A DNA stretch of 64,000 bases from an uncultured Gemmatimonadales bacterium. GTDB lineage: Bacteria; Gemmatimonadota; Gemmatimonadetes; Gemmatimonadales; GWC2-71-9. A program made the position numbers and the translations under genes. The notes below the pieces were generated by a model, which worked only from the letters and a program-made list of their open reading frames with translations, did no database searches and had not been told where the DNA came from. The DNA lies in contig CAWJIM010000023.1 of assembly GCA_963842945.1 (NCBI GenBank), positions 320,001 through 384,000 of the forward strand. The letters are read 5' to 3'. Positions 10,725 through 20,195 of this stretch are shown here, piece by piece (position 1 is the stretch's first letter; each line of letters begins with the position of its first letter).

Positions 10725-11687
10725 ATGGCCTCCGCCTACACCCTGGATTTCGAGAAGCCTCTGCTGGAGCTGGAGCGTCAGATCGACGACCTGAAGCGGA
10801 TCGGCAGCGAGCGGCAAATCGACATCGATGGGGAGCTCGAGGGACTCAACGGCAAGCTGGAGTCACTCAGGGCGGATATTTACCGGAATCTCACCCCGCT
10901 CCAGCGGGTGATGGTTGCCCGGCACCCGCGGCGGCCGTATACCCTGGATTATCTCAGCACCATCTTCACCGATTTCATCGAGCTCCATGGCGACCGGCTC
11001 TACATGGACGACCCGGCGATCGTCGGCGGATGGGCCCGTTTGGCCGGCATTTCGGTGATGGTGATTGGACACCAGAAGGGGCGAGACACCAAGGAAAATC
11101 TCAAGCGCAACTTCGGCATGCCTCACCCTGAGGGATACCGCAAGGCGCTCAGGCTGATGAAGCTCGCCGCCAAGTTCGGTGCCGGCGTCATTACCCTGAT
11201 CGACACGCCGGGGGCGTATCCCGGTCTGGGAGCCGAGGAGCGGGGGCAATCGGAAGCGCTGGCGCGAAACATTATAGAAATGTCCTCGTTGCCCACACCC
11301 TGCATCGCCGTGGTGATCGGTGAGGGAGGCTCCGGCGGTGCACTGGCGTTGGGCGTGGCCGACCGGGTGCTCATGCTGGAAAATTCGGTGTACTCGGTGA
11401 TCTCCCCCGAAGGATGCGCCGCCATTCTGTGGAAGGATGCCAGTCAAAGGGAGCGGGCCGCCGAGGCGCTCAAGATCACGGCGGACGACCTGCTGCGGCT
11501 CAAGGTGATCGACGAGATCATCAAGGAGCCGGTGGGAGGAGCGCACATCGATCCTGACTCGGCCGGTGAAGCGCTACGGGAAGCCTTGATCCGACATCTC
11601 ACCGAGTTGCGCAAGATTCGGCCGGAGAAGCTGGTCCGGCGCCGGGCCGAGAAGTACGCCGCTATGGGGGCGTTCACCGAGGACTGA
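10725..11687 (+). CDS. accA: Acetyl-CoA carboxylase carboxyltransferase alpha
   Basis: LDFEKP, RNFGMPHPEGYRKALR, GEGGSGGALAL, YSVISPEGCAAILWKD. Confidence 0.98.
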   Translation: MASAYTLDFEKPLLELERQIDDLKRIGSERQIDIDGELEGLNGKLESLRADIYRNLTPLQRVMVARHPRRPYTLDYLSTIFTDFIELHGDRLYMDDPAIVGGWARLAGISVMVIGHQKGRDTKENLKRNFGMPHPEGYRKALRLMKLAAKFGAGVITLIDTPGAYPGLGAEERGQSEALARNIIEMSSLPTPCIAVVIGEGGSGGALALGVADRVLMLENSVYSVISPEGCAAILWKDASQRERAAEALKITADDLLRLKVIDEIIKEPVGGAHIDPDSAGEALREALIRHLTELRKIRPEKLVRRRAEKYAAMGAFTED

Positions 11688-12613
11688 TGAGTCAAACGAT
11701 CGAAGTCCGCTTCAAGGGCACCCGCAAGGCCTACTTCATGTGGGAGAATGATGCCGATCCCCTTCACCTGAAGGAGCCGGTGATCGTGGAGGTGGAGCGC
11801 GGCCGCGACCTGGGCCGAGTCAGCGCAGTGGGCGAGACCGCCGCGAAGAAGTGCGGTGGGTGCACCAGCTGCGCGACCGGCGACGCCAGCCCTGACCCGG
11901 GTGCGCTCAAATCCGTGGTGCGCCGAGCCACGGCGGAGGACTGCAAGACCCATCAGGAGCTTCGGATGGGCGAGGAGGAAGTGCGGCAGAAAGTCATCCA
12001 GCGGGCCCGGGCCCACGAGCTGCTGATGAAAATCAGCGACACCGAGTGGCAGTGGGACCGGAACAAGCTGACCATCTATTTCACGGCCGACAAACGGGTC
12101 GACTTCAGAGCGCTGGTGCGCGACCTGGCCTCGTTGTTTCGCACCAGAATCGAGCTGCGGCAGATTGGAGTACGGGATGAGTCGGCCCGGCTCTCCGGCG
12201 TGGGCCGCTGTGGCCGGGAATACTGCTGCTCGACCTGGCTCAAGGAGCTTTCGCCCGTCAACCTCGGCCTCGCCAAGGACCAGCATCTGTCCCTCAATCC
12301 GTCACAGATCTCGGGCGGCTGCGGCCGCCTGCTCTGCTGCCTCAAGTACGAGCACGAGTTCTACGTTACCGCTCGAAAGCGTTTTCCCAAGGAGGGGAAG
12401 ACATTGAAGACCGCAGTGGGCGCCGAAAAGGTGATTGCGGTCGACATCTTCCGCGAGCGGGTGTTCCTCAGACACGACGATCTGGGATCTCGCATCATCC
12501 CGCTGGCTCAGCTTCGGAGCGAGGTCGAGGCCCTGGGCGAAGTCTTTCCTACGGCCGAGGTTCGCAACCGCCGGGGTCGTGGTGGGGCCTCCGAGTCGAG
12601 CCCCCGGAACTAG
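11687..12613 (+). CDS. ricT: RicT/YaaT family (PSP1 domain) Fe-S protein
   Basis: YFTADKRVDFRALVRDLA..RIELRQIGVRDE, CGREYCC, SGGCGRLLCCLKYE. Confidence 0.92.
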   Translation: MSQTIEVRFKGTRKAYFMWENDADPLHLKEPVIVEVERGRDLGRVSAVGETAAKKCGGCTSCATGDASPDPGALKSVVRRATAEDCKTHQELRMGEEEVRQKVIQRARAHELLMKISDTEWQWDRNKLTIYFTADKRVDFRALVRDLASLFRTRIELRQIGVRDESARLSGVGRCGREYCCSTWLKELSPVNLGLAKDQHLSLNPSQISGGCGRLLCCLKYEHEFYVTARKRFPKEGKTLKTAVGAEKVIAVDIFRERVFLRHDDLGSRIIPLAQLRSEVEALGEVFPTAEVRNRRGRGGASESSPRN

Positions 12614-12652
12614 CCAACCGCGACTTACCCTTTATACTCCCCAGCTGAAGTC

Positions 12653-12751
12653 GGCCGCAGATAAACGCATGCACCCGCCAGGGCGGGTACCGACGCAAGA
12701 TTCATCGTATTGCGTCACCCGCCTCAGCGGGTGCTGCGTTCATCTGCGGCT
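12653..12751 (+). other. Multibranched palindromic element / candidate structured RNA upstream of metG
   Basis: Outer stem GCCGCAGAT.AACGCA / TGCGTT.ATCTGCGGC enclosing three hairpins. Confidence 0.55.
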
Positions 12752-12779
12752 AAAGTTTGCTCCCTTTTGGAGACAATAG

Positions 12780-14296
12780 TTGCCCAAGTTTTTTCTGACC
12801 ACAGCGATTGACTACTCCAACGGCGATCCGCATTTGGGGCACGCCCTCGAGAAGGTGGGCGCGGATGCCATTGCCCGCTATCGGCGACTCCGCGGCGACC
12901 AGGTTCATTTCCTCATGGGAATGGACGAGCACAGCCAGTCGGTGCTGCAGGCGGCGGCCCGGGCTGGGGTCCAGCCGCAGGAGTGGGTGGACCGGATGGC
13001 CGGCCGGTTCGAGGAGTTCTGGCGGCGGCTGGAGTGCAGCAATGACGATTGGATCCGTACTACCGAGTCGCGCCATGCCCGCTCGGTCACCGAGCTCCTG
13101 CGCCGGATCCAGCAGTTTCATCCTGACGATCTCTATGTCGCCGAATACGAGGGACTCTACTGCACCGGCTGCGAGGAGTTCAAGCAGGAGAGTCAGATCG
13201 TCAACGGACGCTGCATCGAGCATCCCACCCTGGAGCTCATCCGGACCCGGGAGCGGAATCACTTCTTCAGGCTGAGTCGCTACCGCGACCCGGTGCTGGA
13301 CCTGATCCGAACCGGAAAGTTCCTGGTGGAGCCGGCAATCCGGCGCAATGAGGTGCTACGGCTACTCGAGGGAGGACTGCAGGATATCTCGGTCTCCCGC
13401 CTGCGGCAGCCCTGGGGAATCCCGTTTCCCGGTGATCCGGAACAGACGGTGTACGTCTGGTTCGACGCCCTGATCAACTACCTCTCCGCCACCGGCTTTC
13501 CCGATGCCGGATACGAGCGGCTCTGGCCTGCAGATCTCCACGTGATCGGAAAGGGAATCACCCGGTTTCACTGCGTGATCTGGCCGGCCATGCTGCTGAG
13601 TGCCCGGCTGGATGTTCCCCGCGAGGTGTGGGCCCACGGTTACGTACAGTGGGAGGGCACCAAGATGTCAAAGACGAGTGGAACGGCGGTAACGCTGGAC
13701 GAAGCCATCGAGCGCCACGGTCCCGATCCGCTGCGGTACTTCCTGCTCCGCGAAGTGGGCTTCGAGTCCGACGGCAACTTCACCTGGGAGCGCTTCGACG
13801 AGCGATACACCGCCGACCTGGCCGATGGGCTGGGCAATCTCGCCTCCAGAACCATCGCGATGTTATTGAAGTACCGGGACGGAGTGGTGCCGCGATCGGC
13901 TGCATCGACGGCGCTGGATCGAGCCGGAGCTGAGTCGCGTCCGGCAGTACGCCAGCGGCAATGGACGCCCTCGATCTTCGGACCGGGGCGGAGGCAGCCT
14001 GGTCCCTGGTTTCGGCGGCAAACCTGTTCGTGCAGCAGACCGCACCTTGGGGACTGGCAAAGTCGCATCGCGACGCCGAGTTGGATGATGCCCTGGCGGC
14101 GCTGGCCCGCGCCCTGGCTCGCCTGGCGGTGCTGGTGAGCCCGTTCATTCCAGCCAAAGCCCAGCAGTTGTGGCACATGCTGGGGATGAAAGGGGCGGTG
14201 GCAGAAGCGGATTGGTCGGCCGGAGAGCAGCCCGAGGTGGAGGGACGCAAAGTCGAGCGCGCCGACGTGCTCTTTCCCAAGCCCGCCAGTGTCTAG
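12780..14296 (+). CDS. metG: Methionine--tRNA ligase, short form (frameshift near 13940-13960)
   Basis: TTAIDYSNGDPHLGH (HIGH), GMDEH, YVWFDALINY, KMSKT (KMSKS), LADGLGNL; C-terminus in ORF 13961-14296 ends LFPKP. Confidence 0.95.
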
Positions 14297-14324
14297 AACT
14301 TACCGCGAACACCTGCGAAACTTC

Positions 14325-14364
14325 TTGACAGTGAAAGAGTTATCACTCTAAGATCTACTTGACA
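14325..14364 (+). promoter_or_regulatory. Tandem TTGACA boxes upstream of M23 peptidase
   Basis: TTGACA 14325-14330 with TAAGAT 18 nt later; second TTGACA 14359-14364; AT-rich. Confidence 0.45.
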
Positions 14365-14492
14365 ATCCTTATCCGCCTGAGCCACCTTAACTTTGCAGCC
14401 ATGACTCCGGGCTCCCCACGAGCGCGGAGTTATTGTCAGATTGGAGCGCAGACTCGCAGAGTTTTTGACCATGCTGTACGAGGTGCAACGTC

Positions 14493-15418
14493 ATGCCCAA
14501 ACGCCGCTGGACCCTGGTTCTTGTCCCTCACGGGTCGGAGCCCTCGCGTATAGTCGAGGTCTCCTATAACCTGTTGCGCGGCGTCGTGGCTGTTATCGGC
14601 TGTTTCGTTGTTCTCGGATTGCTTGTCGGGTACCTCACCGTCAGTCACACCACCGACCTCTCTCGCGCTGCACGGCTCCAGCAGGAAAACGCATCCCTCG
14701 CCCGGCGAAATTGGTGAGCTGCACGGACGGCTGAGCAGCCTGGCCGATACTCTGAGCACGATCTCACAGCGCGATGCCCGCATTCGGGTGCTGGCCAACC
14801 TCGACCCGATCGATCCCCAGGTACAGAAGGCCGGCATCGGCGGACCCGGCAGTTCGGATCTCGATATCACCGGCCTCAGCGGGCTGGCCCGCCGCTCCGC
14901 GGAGGTACGCGTGGATCTCGGCGCGCTGATTCGCCGGGCCAACCTGCTGGCCTCGTCGTTCAAGGAGGCAGCTGACAGCCTGGCTTTCCACCGGGCACGC
15001 CTGGCTGCCACCCCATCCATCATGCCGACGCAGGGCTGGCTCTCCAGCGCGTTCTCCGCCATGCGCGCCCATCCGATCCTGCATCTGGCTCGTCCGCACG
15101 AGGGGATCGACGTCTCCGCCCCCATGGGCAGTCCCGATCGAGGCGCCCGCGGCTGGGGTTGTGAGCGAGGCAGGCTGGGAAACGGGCTACGGCAATACGA
15201 TCACGATCAATCACGGCTACGGCATCGTCACCAAGTTCGCTCACGCGTCCAAGCTGCTGGTGAAGACCGGCCAACGGGTGGCCCGGGGTCAGCGCATCGC
15301 GCTGGTGGGGAACTCGGGCCTCGCCACCGGCCCTCATCTGCACTATGAGGTCCACGTGAACGGCCGCCCGGTGGATCCGCTGAAGTACGTCTTGCCCGAA
15401 GGAGTGGTGACGGACTAG
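14493..15418 (+). CDS. M23 family peptidoglycan endopeptidase with N-terminal TM and coiled coil (frameshifted)
   Basis: PSIMPTQGWLSS, HEGID (HxxxD), GYGNTI, GNSGLATGPHLHYEV, DP; three frames. Confidence 0.9.
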
Positions 15419-15545
15419 GCGGGGCAGCGGGGCAGCGGGGCAGGAGCACAAAGGACAGCGGCCTTCGGATACACATCCGAGGGCCGCTTTGCTTTTGTTG
15501 CTCCCAATCCGCTACCCGCTGCCCCAGCCTGCCCCGCTGCCCCGC
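15419..15545. repeat. Palindromic (GCGGGGCA)n...(TGCCCCGC)n element enclosing a terminator-like hairpin
   Basis: Three 8-mer units, hairpin AGCGGCCTTCGGAT-ACAC-ATCCGAGGGCCGCT, then inverted 8-mers; between convergent genes. Confidence 0.85.
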
Positions 15546-15549
15546 GCGC

Positions 15550-16116
15550 CTAAAACTTTACGGTTGGCGCCTGGGCGGCTCCCTGCGAGGCCTCGAAGTA
15601 TTCCCGCGGCTTGCCCATTCCGAACACCTTGGCGGTGAGATTGTAGGGAAAGCGGCGAATGTAGGCGTTGTACTCATTCACGGCATTGTTGTAATCCTGC
15701 CGGGCCACCGAAATCCGGTTCTCGGTGCCCTCGAGCTGGTCCTGCAGCTGGCGGAAATTCTGACTGGATTGCAGCTGAGGATAGTTCTCGGCGATGGCCA
15801 GCAGGCGGCCCAGGCCCTGGGACAGCACCGAATCGGCGGCAGCCATTTGGCGGACGTTGCCCGACTGGATGGCACCGCCGAGTCGCGCTCGCGCATTGGC
15901 GATCGAGATGAACACAGTGTCCTCCTGCTTGGTCACGCCCTTCACCGTGTTCACCAGATTGGGAATCAGATCAGCCCGCCGCTGCAACTGGGTCTGGATC
16001 TGCCCCTGAGCCTGGTTCACCCGCTCATCCAGCGTCTGGATCTGATTGTATCCGCAGCCGGCCAGGAACAGGGCCGAGGCGAGGAGCGACAAATACATTC
16101 TGGAGGCGCGCTGCAT
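15550..16116 (-). CDS. lemA: LemA family protein
   Basis: GCGYN, LQRRADLIPNLVNTVKG, AENYPQL, LEGTENRISVARQDYN, FP.NL.A. Confidence 0.93.
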   Translation of the reverse strand: MQRASRMYLSLLASALFLAGCGYNQIQTLDERVNQAQGQIQTQLQRRADLIPNLVNTVKGVTKQEDTVFISIANARARLGGAIQSGNVRQMAAADSVLSQGLGRLLAIAENYPQLQSSQNFRQLQDQLEGTENRISVARQDYNNAVNEYNAYIRRFPYNLTAKVFGMGKPREYFEASQGAAQAPTVKF

Positions 16117-16130
16117 TCCTGATCTCCCTG

Positions 16131-16836
16131 CTAGAGTTGATCGACGAACTGTGCCGTCTGCTCCACAGCGTTCATATAGTTCTCGAACTCGGGTGCCCCG
16201 CAACGCCACTCCCGGTCGGCCCGATGTTGCACAACATGCAGCAGGTGCTCGGGCTCGAAGCCGATCGCTCCGGCAGCTGCGGTGCTCAGCTCGGTCGAAT
16301 CCACCGGAACCGGACGGCCCATGACCGCGAGGACTCCGCGGAGGAGCACGAGAATCGTGGCCGCGCTCTCCAGCCCCAACCTTCCCAGCGCCGCGGGCTC
16401 CGGGGCAAAGGTGGCATAGCCCTGCCGAAGCCGGAGCAGCTTCCCCCGGAACTCACGTTCCAGCGCCTTGCGCAGGTCACCGGTATCCACCTGGACTCCC
16501 TGAAGCGGATCGGCCCCGCGCAGCACCTGGTAGGAAAGGCGCATATCGGTGATCTCGATGGGAAAAGCATCCGAGGCGCGGGTCCACTCGGCCCGGCTGA
16601 TCAGCAGCGGTGGCTCCGGGGTCGACTTGCGCCAGCACGGCAAACGCGCGTCCCAGCGCGCGCAGCGTGGGCGTGGTTACCTCGTCGAGCACCAGCATCA
16701 GATTGACATCGGAGCGTCCCGGGATGTAGTCGCCCCGGGCCGCTGAGCCGTAGAGCACTGCACTGTACCCGGCTCCGGCCACCCGATCGACCTCGGTGAG
16801 GAACGGGTCAACCACCCGTGAGACCGTAGTCCGCAT
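16131..16836 (-). CDS. Nucleotidyltransferase-domain protein (frameshifted)
   Basis: VLYGSAARGDY..GRSDVNLMLV; second frame DAFPIEITDM..LRQGY. Confidence 0.8.
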
Positions 16837-17645
16837 CAGAATCTTCCCCCGGCACCACCGCCGCTAAATCCACCTCCGCCACCAAATCCACCGAAACCGC
16901 CTCCGCCCCCGCCGAAGCCGCCGCCGCCGCCCCAGCCGCCGCCGATCCACGGGCCACCCCAATATATCCCGCTCCTTCTACGCCGACCGCCGCGAAATGC
17001 GCCGGATATCGATCAGCAGAAAAAGATCAGAAGGAACAAGCGGCAGCAGGATGCTCCGCCCAGGTGTGACTACCCCTCCCGAACCGACGGCGGCTGGTAA
17101 TGCGGTGAGCGTCGTATCGGATACGCCGTACCCCGCGCGATGCGGCTCAGCCAGCGCCCGAACCCCCAGCACAGCCGTCCCGTAGTTGCCTTGTGAAGCT
17201 CCGGCCGCATGACGTCATCCCGAATCCGGCCGGCAGCAGCATCGGTAACGATGCCTTCAAGCCCCTGACCCGACTTCGATGCGGACTGGCCGAGTCCGGG
17301 TCTGCCTGATCCGTTCGGGGCACGACCAGCAGAACGACCCGCATTTCTGCCGCGGAATCTCCGATATCAGCCTTGGCGCCAACCTTCCATCTCCGGCCGA
17401 TGGCGAGCGCCACTTCGGAGGCTTCCCGATCGCCGATGGGGGTAGGGTGACCACTGCCAGCTCGGCGCCGGTCGCCCCTTCAGCCGCCGGATCAGGTATC
17501 CATCTCCTGGGCGGCGTCGGACCGGGATCACCGAAGCAAAGTCATTCACATATCCCACCGGCTGGGCGTGGGACCAGCGAGTCCAGAGCGGTGGCCTGCG
17601 CGCCCAGGCCACGGCTGTGCAGCCGCCGGAGAGAAGACCGAGCAT
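16836..17645 (-). CDS. TPM domain protein with Gly-rich tail (multiple frameshifts)
   Basis: PVGYVNDFASVI, VVTLP, IGRRWKVG, VRIEVG, C-terminal GGFGGFGGGGGFSGGGAGGRF. Confidence 0.8.
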
Positions 17646-17735
17646 CAGTTGAAGCGCTTCCGGAGGGCGATAGCTTTGGCCCGTGTGCCTCTCAAACTGT
17701 CTCCCTGCGCCGGCGCGTTCACCGTTTCCACACCC

Positions 17736-18477
17736 ATGAGCCTCCTGATGCTGCGAAGCGCGGTGGCACTATGTCTAGGAGCCGCCTGCCTGGGCGCCTG
17801 CCATACCGACCGCGACGTCGCGGTTAGAGTCTCGATTCCCGACGCAGAGTCAGAGGAGACGCCGGCTGCGGGAGTGGGCATCATCGCCCTGCCCTACGAT
17901 CGAGACAGCATTCTCGCCAGCCTGGAGGCCAGAGCGCGAACCCCCCGACCACAAACCGCGACCCTCGACACGCTCTTCGCCCGGTTTCGTGGACCGTTTA
18001 CTCGCTATACCGATGCCTCCTACCGAGCTTCGCAGCTTCGGGATTCGCTCGATCAGCTGCGCCGCGGGCCTCGACAGCGGCTCGAGCTCCGCTCAGCTTA
18101 AGCGGCTGGCCGACTCCATTCGATTGCTCGAGCGGCAAGTCGATCGCGCCCGGAGCGAGCTCGACCGCGCGCGGGCCGAGTTCGTCAGCCGGAGCGAGGG
18201 CCCGCGCGCCGCGGTTCGACGCTGGGAAGATAGCACTTACCGAGGATACGACAGCATCGTCGAAAATTTGGCCCGAGCCCGGGGCCGGGAGCCCGTCACC
18301 GACACGACCGGCGCGACCGGATGGGCCCACCTCACACTGCCGGCCGGCCGCTGGTGGATTTATGCCCGGGCGTGGGACACCAGCGACCCCAACGCCGAGT
18401 GGTACTGGAACCTCCCGGTTCAGGAGGATACCGTCCTGTTGTCCAGCCGGACCGGCCGGCGTCGACCGCGATATTAG
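17736..18477 (+). CDS. Hypothetical lipoprotein (frameshift near 18065)
   Basis: Signal peptide with lipobox LGAC; continues into ORF 17989-18477. Confidence 0.65.
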
Positions 18478-18480
18478 GAG

Positions 18481-19131
18481 ATGGTAATGGCGGTGTTCTC
18501 AACGACCTGCGCTTTAGCCCTGGCTCTCGCCGCCGCGGCACCCATCTGTGCCCAGACCGCCCCGGCGCTGAATGCTCGGAGCAAGGGATCGACCAAGGCA
18601 CCGGTCACGGTGTACGAGATGTCCGACTTCCAGTGCCCCTACTGTCGCCAGTTCGTGGAGGAGACTTTCCCCGGGCTTGAGCACGACTATATCGCCACCG
18701 GGAAGGTGCGCTGGATCTTCATCAACTATCCCCTCACCAGCATCCACCAGCATGCTGCGGCCGCGGCCCAGCTGGGGATGTGCGCTGCGCAGCAGCAGGG
18801 GTTTTGGCGGGTTCACGATCTGCTCTTCAAGTATCAGGAGACCTGGGCACCGCTCAAGGAGCCGGCCCCCTTCTTCGTATCGCTGGCCGATTCGGCCAAA
18901 CTGTCGAAGCCGGCCCTGCTCAACTGCCTCGAGTCTCCCGAGACGGTGAACAGCGTTCGGGCCGATGCCGAAGGCGCGGCACGGTCCGGCGCCACCAGCA
19001 CCCCGACGTTCTATATCGAGGGTGGTCTGCTGGAAGGTGCGCTGCCGATCGAGGTGTTTCGGCAGGTACTGGATTCGGTGTATGGTGTTAAGTCGGGAAA
19101 GACGGGAAAGGCGGGAAAGACTGGAAGGTAA
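18481..19131 (+). CDS. DsbA-like thioredoxin-fold protein
   Basis: Signal peptide, KGS..APVTVYEMSDFQCPYC, STPTF cis-Pro loop. Confidence 0.9.
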   Translation: MVMAVFSTTCALALALAAAAPICAQTAPALNARSKGSTKAPVTVYEMSDFQCPYCRQFVEETFPGLEHDYIATGKVRWIFINYPLTSIHQHAAAAAQLGMCAAQQQGFWRVHDLLFKYQETWAPLKEPAPFFVSLADSAKLSKPALLNCLESPETVNSVRADAEGAARSGATSTPTFYIEGGLLEGALPIEVFRQVLDSVYGVKSGKTGKAGKTGR

Positions 19132-19225
19132 GCAGACAGGGAGATAAGGCGGTTAGGCGCGAACCCTTTCTGCTTTCCTCCTTATCCTCATACGTTCCCG
19201 ACCTTCCCGACCGTCTTCCCGTCTC
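19092..19225. repeat. Palindromic 9-mer (GACGGGAAA/G) repeat element
   Basis: gtcgggaaa gacgggaaa ggcgggaaa gactggaag ... ttcccgacc ttcccgacc gtcttcccgtc. Confidence 0.7.
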
Positions 19226-19238
19226 TTAATCCCCGCCC

Positions 19239-19973
19239 CTACAATGCCAGAAAAACATCATACAACGCATGCGTCCATGCGGTGATCCCGAACCCGCGCA
19301 GCAGGTAGAGCGCACTGAAGAGGAGACCGGCGATAGCGCGGAAGGTGAACGAGCCCAAGGCGAACCGCTCGCCGTAGGCGCCCACATAGTGGAAGGCCGC
19401 GAAGATGAGGGCGCCCAGGATTACCGCGAAGAGGCTTGCGCTCTGCCGCGACCAGCCGAAGCCTTTCCTCGCAATCAGCATGAGCCCTGAGACGAGCAGT
19501 ACGCGGAACACAAGCTCTTCGTAGATGCCGGCTCCGAGCGACACCATCACCTGAGCGGGAAGGCCGAGGGGCGCCGGGGCGATGGCCAGACGGGGAAGGA
19601 GCAGACCGGTAAGCGTCCCCGCGACAAGGCCAAACACCAGCCCGTAGGCGACCGATTCCGCCGCCATGAATCCAAAGTATCGGAGCCGAATTCCACCCGA
19701 GCCGCGAATATCTCTCCAGACCAGCGCGGCTCCTCCACCCACCAGGAGCAACCCAAACACGGCCAATCCGTATCGGCCACCGAAGCCAACGAACAGTTGC
19801 TTCAGCAGCACGTCCGCGCCGTTTCGAACCCGCACCATTTCGAGCCGGGAAAGCAGAAACGCTAACGCTTCGTACGTGACCAGGAGCGGGAAGGCAAAGC
19901 TCAAGCTGTAGCGTGGCGACCGTGAGACGCGCCAGTAGTTGGCGGGAAGGGCGAGGCGGGTTGAGGCGGTCAT
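19239..19973 (-). CDS. CPBP (CAAX/Abi) intramembrane glutamic protease
   Basis: AGIYEELVFR (EExxxR), FAAFHY, AWTHALYD; multiple TM helices. Confidence 0.9.
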   Translation of the reverse strand: MTASTRLALPANYWRVSRSPRYSLSFAFPLLVTYEALAFLLSRLEMVRVRNGADVLLKQLFVGFGGRYGLAVFGLLLVGGGAALVWRDIRGSGGIRLRYFGFMAAESVAYGLVFGLVAGTLTGLLLPRLAIAPAPLGLPAQVMVSLGAGIYEELVFRVLLVSGLMLIARKGFGWSRQSASLFAVILGALIFAAFHYVGAYGERFALGSFTFRAIAGLLFSALYLLRGFGITAWTHALYDVFLAL

Positions 19974-19974
19974 G

Positions 19975-20001
19975 AAAAAAAGGGGCCGCTTGAGCGGCCC
20001 C
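19975..20001 (-). terminator. Intrinsic terminator
   Basis: Minus strand GGGGCCGCTCAAGCGGCCCC GC-rich hairpin followed by T7. Confidence 0.85.
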
Positions 20002-20044
20002 CCCAGGTTCGAAGTGTCGCCTGGGTCTTAGCTTGCAGCGTTAA

Positions 20045-20080
20045 CTAGCGGCCGCAGGCGACCCTTGACTCTGTAGACAA
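20045..20080 (-). CDS. sORF MSTESRVACGR
   Basis: AGGAGGTGATCCA immediately precedes TTG TCT ACA GAG TCA AGG GTC GCC TGC GGC CGC TAG. Confidence 0.55.
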   Translation of the reverse strand: MSTESRVACGR

Positions 20081-20126
20081 TGGATCACCTCCTCGGTTGC
20101 AGGTGGAACATGGTATTGCGGTAATA

Positions 20127-20156
20127 ATTGTAGCAACATCCGCCGGCGCGTTGCAA
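20127..20156 (-). promoter_or_regulatory. Sigma70-type promoter with extended -10
   Basis: Minus strand TTGCAA-18 nt-TACAAT, with TGn before the -10. Confidence 0.65.
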
Positions 20157-20195
20157 GCCTCTTCCGTTTGGAATGGACGCCCGCAACATTGCGCC

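Larger units (their letters stand above)
19975..20120 (-). ncRNA. Candidate ~145 nt small/leader RNA encoding an 11-aa sORF
   Basis: Bounded by a promoter (20127-20156) and terminator (19975-20001); 5' end estimated from the -10 box. Confidence 0.55.

Noticed and set aside
12780..14296. metG, lipB, sigma factor and mla genes as pseudogenes or programmed frameshifts
   Set aside because: Motifs are intact on both sides, no consistent slippery sites, and shifts are widespread; sequencing error is simpler.
14330..14347. AGTGA-N8-TCACT palindrome at the M23 promoter as a Rex/CRP site
   Set aside because: Spacing is 8 rather than 6 and arms are short; cannot assign.
20081..20093. TGGATCACCTCCT as a 16S rRNA fragment
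   Set aside because: Only 13 nt match and no other rRNA sequence nearby; better explained as a Shine-Dalgarno on the minus strand.
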